Shown in pieces: positions 47,932-59,994 of a stretch of 64,000 nucleotides of DNA. Source of the stretch: Eledone cirrhosa. Lineage: Eukaryota. The stretch is from NCBI GenBank assembly GCA_964016885.1, contig OZ024741.1:232872001-232936000 (forward strand). Reading direction: 5' to 3'. Under the pieces are notes generated by a model that searched no databases, was not told the origin of the DNA, and was given only the letters and a program-made list of their open reading frames with translations. Numbering within the stretch: the first letter of the stretch is position 1; each line of letters opens with the position of its first letter. Both the position numbers and the translations under genes were made by a program.

Positions 47932-49424
47932 CGGGAAGAGTGAGAAGGAGTTGGATATGCTTGTTGACACTGTCCGTATTTTCAGCAATGATATATGTAT
48001 GCAATTTGGTATTAGTAAGTGTGGAATCCTTGTGATGAAGTAGGGTAAATTAAGCAGAAGCAACGGAATCCAGGTACCAACAGGTGAGATGATAAAGGAA
48101 ATTGACACTGAAGAAGGATACAAGTATTTGGGTGTTCTAGAGGCTGATCACATCAAGAACAAAAAAAAAATGAAGGAATTGATAAGATCTGAATACATTC
48201 GGAGAGTAAGGAGCGTATTAAAGTCACATCTGAACAGTAGGAATGCCATAAGTGCAGTAAATTCCCGAGCTGTGTCTATTATTAGGTACAGTGCGGGAAT
48301 TTGAGATGGAATGTTGCTGAACAAAAAGAAATGGATAGGAAGACTAGGAAGCTATTGACTATCTACAACATGTCCCGCAAGAGGAGTGATGTCGATAGAC
48401 TCTACTTAAGGAGATCTGAAGGTGGAAGAGGTCTTATCAGCATAGAGGACTGTGTTCAGATGGAGAAAAACAACCTACACAAATACGTGTGTGATAGTAA
48501 GGAGCCAATGCTCAGAACTGTACTGAAGGAGAGGACAATAGACCAGGGGATATCCAAGGAGGAAATAACAACAAGGAGAAAAAGCAGCCTTCAGGAAAAA
48601 TCCCTTCATAGTACCTTCTTTGAGAAAACTGAATTCAGAGATCCACAGACATGGAACTGGTTGAAAAGAGGAGACCTTAAAAAGGCTACAGAAGGAATGT
48701 TAATGGCTGCGCAAGAGCAGGCCCTCAAAACGAAGTGGTTGAAACACCATATTTACAAGGAGCAGGCTAGCCCACTGTGCAGGATTTGTGGAGAGAGAGA
48801 GGAGACTGTGGCTCACATTGTATCCGAGTGTAAACACCTAGCCCAGACTCACTATAAGGGCTGGAGACATGATGTTGGGCAGGGTGAACCACTGGCACCT
48901 ATGCAAAATAAACAATTTACCACATTCTGAGAAGTGGTATGAGCATAAGCCAGAGTCGGTGATAGAAAACGATCAGGTGAAGGTGCTGTGGGATTTTAGG
49001 ATACTGACGGACAAGAAACTGGAACACAATAGACCTGACCTGGTGGTTTTGGACAAAGAAAAAAGATCGTGCTTGATGTGGATGTGGCCTGTCCATTCGA
49101 CACGAGAGTGCAAGAGAAGGAGAGGGAGAAAATTAAGCGATACCAGGACTTAAAGTGGGAGGTAAAAAGGATTTTGAACTGCCATGAAGTCAAAGTGGTC
49201 CCAATTGTCATAGGCGCACTAGGTAATATCTCAAAAAGTTTCCAGGGATGGTTAAAGAAAATTGGCCCCGCCACGCTTTTTGGAACGCTTCAAAAGGCAT
49301 GCTTGCTGGGAACAGCAAGAACCCTCTGATACGTCCTGAATATCTGAGGCTGCAGGTAGTGGCTTGATATTCATTTCAACAAACTTTCCAGTTAACTAAC
49401 ATCAATGACTGAGACTCAAAGAAC

Positions 49425-49425
<1 letters not shown>
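47932..49425 (+). mobile_element. R4/Dong-like LINE 3' fragment (third subfamily) between (AAT)n tracts
   Basis: YKYLGV, LYLRRSEGGRGL, CRICGEREETVAHIVSEC, NRPDLVV, DVACPFD, VPIVIGALG. Confidence 0.88.
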
Positions 49426-49489
<64 letters not shown>

Positions 49490-49496
49490 CAATAAT

Positions 49497-49796
49497 AAAT
49501 TTTAAGACTAAAATCCAAAGACGGCTCGATAACGATAAATATATATATCAAATATATAAGAAACGTAGAACAAATATTTATTAAAATCACAGATTAACGT
49601 TTAAGCAAAGAATCGCTGCTTTCACCCTTACCGGGATCTTCTGAAACTAAATAAATCAATCTGTCTTCCTTCGGTTGCAACATTTTTCGAAATATTTACT
49701 TCTGCGTACACAGATTGATTTTTTTAGTTTCAGAAGATCCCGTTAAGGGTGAAAGCAGCGATTCTTTGCTTAAAATTTAATCTGTTATTTTAATAA

Positions 49797-49800
<4 letters not shown>
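49497..49800. mobile_element. Fold-back element; related copy at ~51095-51408
   Basis: 49575-49665 is inverted at 49710-49797; 49497-49660 is the reverse complement of 51240-51408. Confidence 0.7.
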
Positions 49801-49878
<78 letters not shown>

Positions 49879-50162
49879 AATTGAATTATAATTGGTGGTA
49901 TTCGCCTAAGTAATAGTAATATAGTATATCAAGATATGGATTACCTCAATGTATTATAATAATCAATAATCATGCAATTCAAAATAATCCAGCGTATAGA
50001 GAAGTTGCCTAATTTCCGAGAGCAAAATATAATATGAAAATTTATGCTGATAATTTTATGCAAATCTTTGGTTAACATCCAATCTCACACACACACATAT
50101 ATATATATATAGAGAGAGAGAGGGGGAGGGAGAGGGAGGGAGGGAGAGAGAGAGGACTGGAA

Positions 50163-50509
50163 GGTAATATCCGTAGTTGTAGAGCACTCAGTCCATGGGA
50201 CGAGTTTGGTAGAAGTAATAACACAACAATTAGTTCACCATACCGAGAACAATTGTTTCATCTTATGCGGATCTTCAACTCAGACTGGTAATGGTTATAC
50301 GGAACAAGAAAAGGAGAAACAACCGTATGAACGCGCATGCGCAGAAACGGTCACTGCGCGTTCATACGGTTCAGTATAACCTTATCAGTCCGAGCTGAAG
50401 ATCCGCATAAGGTGAAACAATTGTTCTCGGTATGGTGAACTAATTGTTGTGTTATTACTTCTACCAAACTCGTCCCATGCACTGAGTGCTCTACTACTAC
50501 GGATATTAC

Positions 50510-50511
<2 letters not shown>
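50163..50511. mobile_element. Fold-back element with hammerhead
   Basis: Arms ~50163-50300 and ~50374-50511, plus an internal hairpin at 50321-50371. Confidence 0.75.
50390..50430 (+). ncRNA. Minimal type-I hammerhead ribozyme motif
   Basis: ccgag CTGAAGA t cc gcataa gg t GAAA caattg TT ctcgg; perfect stem I and palindromic stem III. Confidence 0.75.
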
Positions 50512-50592
<81 letters not shown>

Positions 50593-50610
50593 TATATATA
50601 TATATATATA

Positions 50611-50785
<175 letters not shown>

Positions 50786-50960
50786 TCCAGCGCGTCTCCC
50801 TTGCCGTCGTCCGGGGAAATGCCTTTTCCATTCTGTCCGCCGGGGCTGTGGGTGGGCCCCATCGCGTATCATTTTTGTAAATATGACAACAATCTATCCA
50901 ACTAACGATGTTTAAAAGTTATGACATTAAAACAAATAAACAAACTGTTGTGTTACTACT

Positions 50961-51067
<107 letters not shown>

Positions 51068-51503
51068 CGTATATATATATATATACATATATATAACGGG
51101 ATCTTCTGAAACTAAAAAAAACAATCTCCGCTTTTTTCCGTTCATTGTCAGGGAACGTCTTCACGAAACAAAGTATCGTCTTCCTGTTTTCCTTCGGTTG
51201 CAGCGTTTTTCGAAATATTCACTTCTGCGTTCACAGATCGATTTTGTTAGTTTCAGAAGATCCCATTAAGAGTGAAAGCAGCGATTCTTTGCTCAAATTT
51301 TGATCTGTTATTTTAATAAATATTTGCTCTAGGGTTCTTATATATTTGATATATATTTATCCTTATCGAGCCCTCTTTGGATTTTAGTCTTCAAATTTAT
51401 TATTACTATATATATATATATAACGAAGGAAATGTGGTAAGGATCCAGGTGGACCATAACGCACCAAAGTACTCAATACTTAGGGTAGTAGAGTGGGTAA
51501 TAG

Positions 51504-51623
51504 GGAACGAGTAGGACCCCGACGGCTGAGCTCAAGCCGTTTCGACGGCTAATTCTGGACTAAATTTAGTCCAGAATTAGCCGTCGAAACGGCTTGAGCT
51601 CAGCCGTCGGGGTCCTACTCGTT

Positions 51624-51625
<2 letters not shown>
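51504..51625. repeat. Perfect 122-bp palindrome
   Basis: Both arms checked base by base; centre ctaaa|tttag (51564/51565). Confidence 0.95.
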
Positions 51626-51679
<54 letters not shown>

Positions 51680-51876
51680 TGGACAGCAGCTCATAGAGAA
51701 AAGCTTCGGAATTTTTCGTTTCGTCCATGCCATGTCTTTAAACTGAGTGGAATTCAGCGATTCACATCGGATCTCCTGTCATAAATGGTCGACGGGAGGG
51801 TTGTTATATTTCGACTCTGATATTCAAGTATCAATTGCAACATTATATTTTAAAATATAATCTTTATTATTTGCAG

Positions 51877-52008
51877 AGTGCAACAATGGAACGTTTGGAG
51901 ATAACTGTAGCCAGGAGTGTCATTGCATTGATGATATATGTCACCATAAGACTGGTTATTGTTTGAATGGTTGTGCACCTGGATATACAGGTGAATACTG
52001 CCAAATAG
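51877..52008 (+). CDS. Host EGF-like exon F (paralog of C)
   Basis: ttatttgcAG acceptor, GTGAGT donor; 132 nt; ECNNGTFGDNCSQECHCIDDICHHKTGYCLNGCAPGYTGEYCQI. Confidence 0.9.
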
Positions 52009-52964
52009 GTGAGTGCGACATATTACTGATAGTTTTATTGTAATTACGAGGACGATATAAGTTAAAGTTTGAATGAACAATATTTCATCAAAGTCCCTAA
52101 TACAGTAATACCTTGAATATTTACTTTATGTGTCCACGTTTAAGTGAGTGTTTCCGTATCCTCATGTAGCCATGATAGTTCATAATTTATGTGACGTTAC
52201 ATCATTTGCATAATGTAACTGTGTTATTGGGAGTATCTCATTATACTTCCACCCATACTGTGTTTTGCTTTTGTTTAGTTTGAGATGATTTCAACAAAAT
52301 GTGACTTCATTAGCAGTAGTGTATGTAGCATCTGCAGCATATCACAGTTCCCATTCGAGGGTGTTAATATGGCTTAGTGTACAGTTGGTTAACTTTTGTT
52401 GGCGCTTTTTGACGAGTAATAGAGCGTTGATAACCACTGGCATATATTCGGCTTTTTTTTTACTTCACATGAATTGATTTCGATTACCAGATATATATGT
52501 TTGGGGAGTGGATTATCTGTAGCTTTCCATGTTACATTTTACATCTGACATATCTTATGTGGAACTACATCTGCATTTTACAACATTTTATGTATCTCTT
52601 ATGTAACTTGTTCTTCAATATGTTATGTAATTGCAGTGTCTAGGCCATATTGCTTCCTAATTTACTCGTTCAGCATAAATGTTATTCGCTTAGTTATCTG
52701 TTGGAATGATCTGTGCACTGTCTTTCTTGGTGGGTCAACAGCTTTGCGTTTCAGAAGAACGTGTTGTCTGTTTTGGTCAGGGATATGTCCAACTAATTTG
52801 TGACGATCCTAAAAGTCTGTTAGAATTAGAGTGTTATAAGAATTCTAAACGTGGCAATCCTATTTCGTGGGGCTTATAGAATTACATCATTCCTGACATT
52901 GTTTCCTGTTAAATTCAATTGAATGTGATTAGATAAAAATAGTGTACAATTTCTGGCAAGTAGA

Positions 52965-55095
52965 GAGGTGAAGGTATCTGTGGTGTGATGGAGGTCTCTG
53001 TGGTATGGTGGGGTGTCTGTGGTATGGTGGAGGTTTCTATGGTGTGGTTGATGTGGTGTGGTGGAGGTGTCTATGGTGTGGCAGATGTGATGTGGTATTG
53101 TGGAGGTGTTTATAGGGAGGTGGAGGTGTCTGTGGTGTAGTGGAGTTGTCTGTGGTGTAGTGGATGTGATTGGAGGATGGTGGAGGTGTCTGTGGTATGG
53201 TGGAAGTTTCTATGGTGTGGTTGATGTGGTGTGGTGGAAGTGTCTATGGTGTGGCAGATGTGATGTGGTGTGGTGGAGGTGTCTATAGGGAGGTGAAGGT
53301 GTCTGTGGTGTAGTGGATGTGATTGGAGGATGGAGGAGGTGCCTCTGGTGTGGTGGAGGTTTCTATGGTGTGGTTGATGTGATGTGGTGGAGGTGTTTGT
53401 GGTGTGGTGGTGGTGTTTGTGGTATAGTCGAGGTGTCTGTGGTGTAGTGGAAGTGTCTATGATGTGCTGGGGGTGTCTGTGGTGTGGTGAAGTTGTCTGT
53501 GGGTGGTGGAGCTGGAGGAGGTGTCTGGGGAGTGGTGGAGATTACTATGGATTGGTGGAGGCGTCTGTGTTGTGTAGTGTTGACTGATGTGTTTGTAGTG
53601 TGGTATGGTGCAGGTGTCTATGGTGTAGTGTGGTGGATATGACTTCCACTACTCCACTGACACCTTCACCACACCACAGCCACCTCCACTGCACTACATC
53701 ACAGACTCCTCCACCACAAAAGACAACTCCACCCCACCCAAGACACCTCTACCACAGACACCTCTACCACACCACAGACACCTCCACCACAACACAGATA
53801 CCTCCACCACATGACAGCCACCTCCACCCCACTACAGTACAGACACCTCCACCACACCACACCACAGACACCTCCACCACAACACAGATACCTCCACCAC
53901 ATGACAGCCACCTCCACCCCACTACAGTACAGACACCTCCACCACACCACACCACAGACACCTCCACCATAACACAGATACCTCCACCACATGACAGCCA
54001 CCTCCACCCCACTACAGTACAGACACCTCCACCACACCACAGACACCTCCACCACAACACAGATACCTCCACCACATGACAGCTACCTCCATCCCACTAC
54101 AGCACAGACCCCTCCACACACCACAGACACCTCCACCACACCACACCACAGATACCTCCACCACAGTCACCCCTACTACACTACAGACACCTCCACCTCA
54201 CCACAGACAGCACTGCACCACATACACCTCCACTACAATACATATATCTCCACCACACCCCAGACACATCCACAACCCCACAGACCCCTCCACAACCCCA
54301 CAGACACCTCCACCACACCACACCACAGACACCTCCACCACAGTCACCCCTACTACACTACAGACACCTCCACCTCACCACAGACAGCACTGCACCACAT
54401 ACACCTCCACTACAATACATATATCTCCACCACACCCCAGACACATCCACAACCCCACAGACCCCTCCACAACCCCACAGAGACCTCCACCACACCACAC
54501 CACAGACACCTCCACCACAGTCACCCCTACTACACTACAGACACCTCCACCTCACCACAGACAGCACTGCACCACATACACCTCCACTACAATACATATA
54601 TCTCCACCACACCCCAGACACATCCACAACCCCACAGACCCCTCCACAACCCCACAGACACCTCCACCACACCACACCACAGACACCTCCACCACAGTCA
54701 CCCCTACTACACTACAGACACCTCCACCTCACCACAGACAGCACTGCACCACATACACCTCCACTACAATACATATATCTCCACCACACCCCAGACACAT
54801 CCACAACCCCACAGACCCCTCCACAACCGCACAGACACCTCCACCACACCACACCACAGACACCTCCACCACAGTCACCCCTACTACACTACAGACACCT
54901 CCACCACACCGCAGACAGCACTGCACCACATACACCTCCACTACAATACATATATCTCCACCACACCCAGACACATCCACAACCCCACAGACCCCTCCAC
55001 AACCCCACAGACACCTCCACAACCCCACAGACACCTCCACAACACGACAGACACCTGCACTACAACACACCTCTGACACCTCAACAACACCACAG
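52965..55095. repeat. Inverted minisatellite: GT-rich half (to ~53640), then CA-rich half with 90-bp and 177-bp higher-order units
   Basis: atgacagcc at 53811/53901/53991; cagtcacccc at 54164/54341/54518/54695/54872. Confidence 0.9.
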
Positions 55096-55364
55096 TTATA
55101 TCAGCCTCAGCTATCAGTTTCATTTTCAATATCTTCTTTCCTTTCTTTTATGTTATGAGAATTATTTTAATTTCTATTGCATATTAGATAAAGTACTCTG
55201 TCTTTTTCGAGTTTTATCGAAAGTATCAGAATATACCAGGTCCTATATACTTCTGATTGAAAAAAGATATTTCCCTCTGAAAATTTCAGTAACTCAGGTG
55301 CAACACATTGGATGGCATATAACTTGTAATATACATACATGCATACATACAACATACATGATTA

Positions 55365-55960
55365 TGATGGCTGTCACCTCGTTATCGAGTATGGCCATTG
55401 CACGATATAACATTATTGATAATTACCAATTAATGCTATCGTGCCATGCCTGTGCGTTAAGATTTTTTTAAAGTGAGGAAAGACTGTGCACTGAGCCAAT
55501 CCCACTGTCTGAGCGACAGTAGCTATAACCCGAAAAGACGAAAAGATCAACATCTTCGGTAACTACTGAGCCGCAGGTTTTATGTCGGAGTTATCCCAAT
55601 TTCCTGTGTTGCCTTATCCTAAAAGAATGCACTGACAAAGGCTAGTGGTTTAACCTCGCGATCGGGTATCCAGCCCGATTATTTCTAAGACTCCGTGCAC
55701 ATACGTTCACATGCATACATGTATATACATATATACAAATGCATACATGTATATAAATATTTACACGTTTTCGCATGGCCGTTGACTCTTATGAGTTCTT
55801 TCGCCTTTTGACAGGCTTTGTTTTTTTGTCCTGCAGGGTGTTCAAAACCACCCTCCACACCAAGTAAACTTGGTGAGGCTGTCGGTTTAGTCGCCAACGT
55901 CTCGACCATGCGACAAGTTGTACTGGGTTACATGTTACAAGTAACACTCAAGATGGACCC
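55365..55960. repeat. Interspersed repeat homologous to 41841-42450, with an internal insertion
   Basis: Same shared blocks, same orientation, directly upstream of exon G. Confidence 0.7.
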
Positions 55961-56044
55961 GATATATACAGCATACATACATATATGCACACATATGTGC
56001 ATACGGATATACATGATATAATTGATTTGTTTTACTGATTGCAG

Positions 56045-56179
56045 AATGTCCTAAAGGAACTTATGGAATTGACTGCATGAAAAACTGTCATTGCTATAAT
56101 GATGATACCTGCAATAGGATTACTGGTTCGTGTCCAAATGGATGTCCAGTGGGATTTGAGGGTGACGATTGTCAGACGG
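56045..56179 (+). CDS. Host EGF-like exon G (paralog of D)
   Basis: ctgattgcAG acceptor, GTATGT donor; 135 nt; ECPKGTYGIDCMKNCHCYNDDTCNRITGSCPNGCPVGFEGDDCQT. Confidence 0.9.
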
Positions 56180-56239
56180 GTATGTATATGGTGTCTGTTA
56201 ACATCAAGCTATTTACGATACACACTACACAGCATTACA

Positions 56240-59200
56240 TTTGAACAACAACCAATTATTATACTACATCCAACACAACATCAGTATCACTAAAAAAGAC
56301 TATACAACACCCCAAAAATTAACACCACCCACACACATACAAATCACTCGTATCACACAGAAAACATACACAACACTAAAATTAAAACTCCCCAACGACA
56401 TCGGAGACTTCCGGCAAACACTTTCCAGGAGGATATATAAAGACACCCCTCCGAAGTGGGACCCAAACAGTCAGAAGGGCGGAAAAACCATCCTTCCTCC
56501 ACAAGAACTCAGGTAAGTGGTCTTTCTCATCTTTTTCCACTCCTTTTCAACATGACCTTCCTCTGAAGGGCAGCATAAATGCGCGTGGCCTGGGGCCATC
56601 ATAGAAGCAGGATCACCTGCTCAACAGCCTCAGGTCAATGAACATAGATGTGGTGGCCATCAGCGAAACCAGAATTTCCGAGGCATATGCCTTCTTACAA
56701 ATGCTCGGTGAGTACGATGTGTATGCATCTCCTAGCCGGCCGGGATCGGGAGGCGGAGTCGCTGTGTTGCTTCGGAGAAGTCTAGATCTCGTGATACGGA
56801 CCGTCTTCCTGGACACAGAAGGAAAGTCGGTGGTGCTGGACGTGACCGACAGCGAAGGCTGTGCTTTTAGGCTAGTGGCTGTTTATGCCCCGACAGGGGC
56901 AGGACGGCCTGATTTCTTCAGGTGACTGGAGACCTTCCTAGGAACGTCTCTCTCTTTAATGTTAGTGGGCGATTGGAACGGGATCTTGGATGCACGCTAG
57001 GATTGTGTGAGATTAGCGGATAGGGAAGGAGGGCGTAAAAGCCTCGCGAACCTGCTCAGACGTTTCCAACTATCTGAGAGGTACCGACTAGATTTCCCGA
57101 ATGTGCCAATGTGGACATGGACAAATCGAATCGGGTCATCCAGATCGTATCTAGATAGAGTATTTTGTAAGGAAATCAATAATTCTAGCATAGATTGTCC
57201 ACAATTCAAAATAGTCGACTACACACACCACAAATTCGTGACCTGTGAGGTCGACTTCGATAGGCTTCATAGACAGGGAGCCGGCTACAAGAAGCTAAAC
57301 GCGTCGCAGACAGCGTGCAAAGACTACAGAGACCGGATTAGTGAACTAGTTAAGCAAACGTTGACAGGGATAATCGTCAACAACAAATGGTGGTTCGCCC
57401 TGAAAAGGGCGATCAGAATGGAGTCCATTAGTTTAGTAAGGCGTTAGCAATAGAGAAAAATAAAGCAGAGGGAGAACTAGTTAGAAAATTAGACGAGGTT
57501 CTTAGTAAAGGAGTCGCGACCGACTTGTTTGCGGTGAAATTGGCCCTCGACTAATTCTTCAACGCAAAGCACGAAGGCTGCGTTGTCAGAGCTAGTGCGC
57601 GTGCTCTCGGAACGAGGGGAGGAAAGCCTTTCGATAGGTCCGAGTGGTGGAGGCGCGTCGTGGCGAGAAAGCCACAATCCGGTCTTTGGAGGACCACGAC
57701 GAGCGCATCTTACTCGAACCCGAGCAAATGTGTGCGGCTTTTCAGCGGCACTTCGCTCAACTTTTCGGGGGCAGCGGTGAGTCGGATCGCAGGATGGACT
57801 TTAGCGCCTACCTCGACGGAATGCTTCGGCTCTCGACCACTGAGGCGGAGCATTCCGAAAGGCCGATAACAACCACTGAAATACAGGTTTCAATGACTGA
57901 CTGGACGATAGGTTAGTCGCCTGGTTTGGATGGTCTGCCCTACGAGCTTTATGCGTACATGCCAGATTTGTTCGGCAACCTCTTGGTGGTGGTCTGCTGC
58001 AACTGGCAGCAGAACGGGAAAATTCCCAGCTCTGTGAGCCGGGGAGCGGTAGTGCTACTGAGAAAGGACCCAAATTAGGTAGACAAGATAGATAATTTCA
58101 GGCCCATAACTCTGCTAAACGCATAGTTCAAGATTTTGGCCAAGGTGCTAGCAAAGGGGTTGGCGCTTGTCGTCAGTGGTCTGGTGGGAGAGGCGCAGAC
58201 ATGCACCATTCCAGACAGATCCATCCACGATAACCTCCACCTCATGTGATACATCACGGAGAGGGTAGCTAATGAACCCGGCACCGGAGGGGCCTTGATC
58301 AATTTAGATCAGTCGAAAGTTTTCGATAGGGTCGACCATCGTTATATAGCGGGGGTGCTGTCGGCGGCCGGCTTTGGGCCTGTCTTCAGAGGCTGGATTA
58401 CTGCCATGTACGGCGACTTACGCTCTGTGGTGAGAGTGAACGGTCACCTTTCGGAACCGTTAAACATCATGCGCTCGGTCTACCAAGGATGTCCTCTCGA
58501 GCCATTACTGCAGAAACTGGAGACGTTGAGGGGCGTTCCGCGCGAAATGGGATGCGGGAGAACCGTGTCATCATATGCCGACGACGTCACCGTAGTGGTG
58601 TCAAATGCCAAACACATCGAGGCGATCGGCACTACACTAAGAGAAGACGAGGCGGAGACAGGAGCAATGATTAACCAGGAAAAGTAAGTGGGTCCTACAG
58701 CTCGGCACCTGGAGTGGCACGTCCATGCCGTCCAACACATTATCGGGCGCTGGACGGACGGACCGGTTAAATTGCTAGGGGTCTGGTTCGGTCCGGACCT
58801 CCAGACGGACGAAAACTGGACGAGGGTGGCCCCTCTCAGCAAGAAATGGGCCGAGGTGAAGTTATCCCTGAAAGGTCGAGCGGAGTTGGCGAACACGTAT
58901 ATCGCGTCCGCCATCTACTATCGCCTGTCCGTCATGCCTTGTTCTAAGATTCGCCTGAAAGCTTTGGAGCGTTTGCTCTTTCGCTTTTTGTGGACGGGAT
59001 GTGCACCAATGGTAAGGCGGTGCGTTTGCTGTCAACAAACGCTACGTGGAGGGCTGGGCATGCTGTGGCTGATGATGCGCAACATATGCGCTCAGGCTAT
59101 GGCATCTCCACCTCTTCTTCGACGGTGATCAAGTGTGGTCACCGTTTACTAGACGGGTTTTTCCCCAGCTCGTCTCCTTGGTGGAGCTGTAGACGAAAAT

Positions 59201-59973
59201 CAACTAGCCAATCCCTTTGGGAGAACTTTCGAGCCGGGGCCCATGGACAACTTCCAGAAATCTATGGCCTGGCAGTGCTACCGAGGAGCTGCCAATCCGG
59301 GATAATCTCTACGGGCATGGAAGTGCCGTCAGCCAGGCCTGTTCCAACTGCGCGTAGAGCGACGAAACCATCCTGTACGCACTGGTCCAGTGTCCGAGTA
59401 TTGCTGGCTTGTGGGTTTATGTCGAACACCTGCTGTCGCGTGTAGGATGCATCCGGATATCAGCTGAGTCCATCGTGAGGATTGCCCCACCCTCTTCTTT
59501 TAGCCAGGAAGGGCGGGCAGCTTTTATCTCGAAAGAGACCGTTTGATGGACGCGTTTGAAAGGGCTGAAGACGAGCACTCTTTGGTGATGCCCAGATTAA
59601 CTTTTTCAAATTCCATTTGAAAAGGAAAATCAGGGAGGAGAAGGAAGTGCTCTCTTCCTAGCAATTCGTTGAAAGATGGGTGAGAGAGGCAAGAATGGCC
59701 CGAGTGAATGGGCCTGCTATGAGTATGCGCCTGTAAATTGAATTGGAAAACTGGGACAGGGTACTTGCACTGGTGGTCAGGGTCACCGTGGCTTTCTTGT
59801 GGGCTTTCTCCACGAGTGACCCTCGAAACTCTCCCCTATTGAGGATTTTTCCTTTGTTTCTTTTTTCGTTACATTCTCTGTTGTTTTTTGTGTTTTTTTT
59901 TACACGCAGAAATGCCCATTTGTGCTGTCCTTAATGTTATACTTTGCCAACTCTTGTGGTTAATAAAGAAAGC
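56240..59973 (+). mobile_element. 5'-truncated degenerate Tx1-like LINE
   Basis: ORF1 C-terminus (56241..56516), ORF2 pieces with stops, 3'UTR ending cttgtggttaataaagaaagc then (ATT)n. Confidence 0.9.
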
Positions 59974-59994
59974 ATTATTATTATTATTATTATT

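Noticed and set aside
54120-54990. CRISPR-like periodicity
   Set aside because: Whole 177-bp units repeat with no unique spacers; eukaryotic context and no cas genes.
53600-55158. Long Thr/Pro/His-rich ORFs resembling a mucin-like exon
   Set aside because: Open in several frames on both strands because the units are multiples of 3 and stop-poor; no convincing splice sites; lies in an inverted minisatellite.
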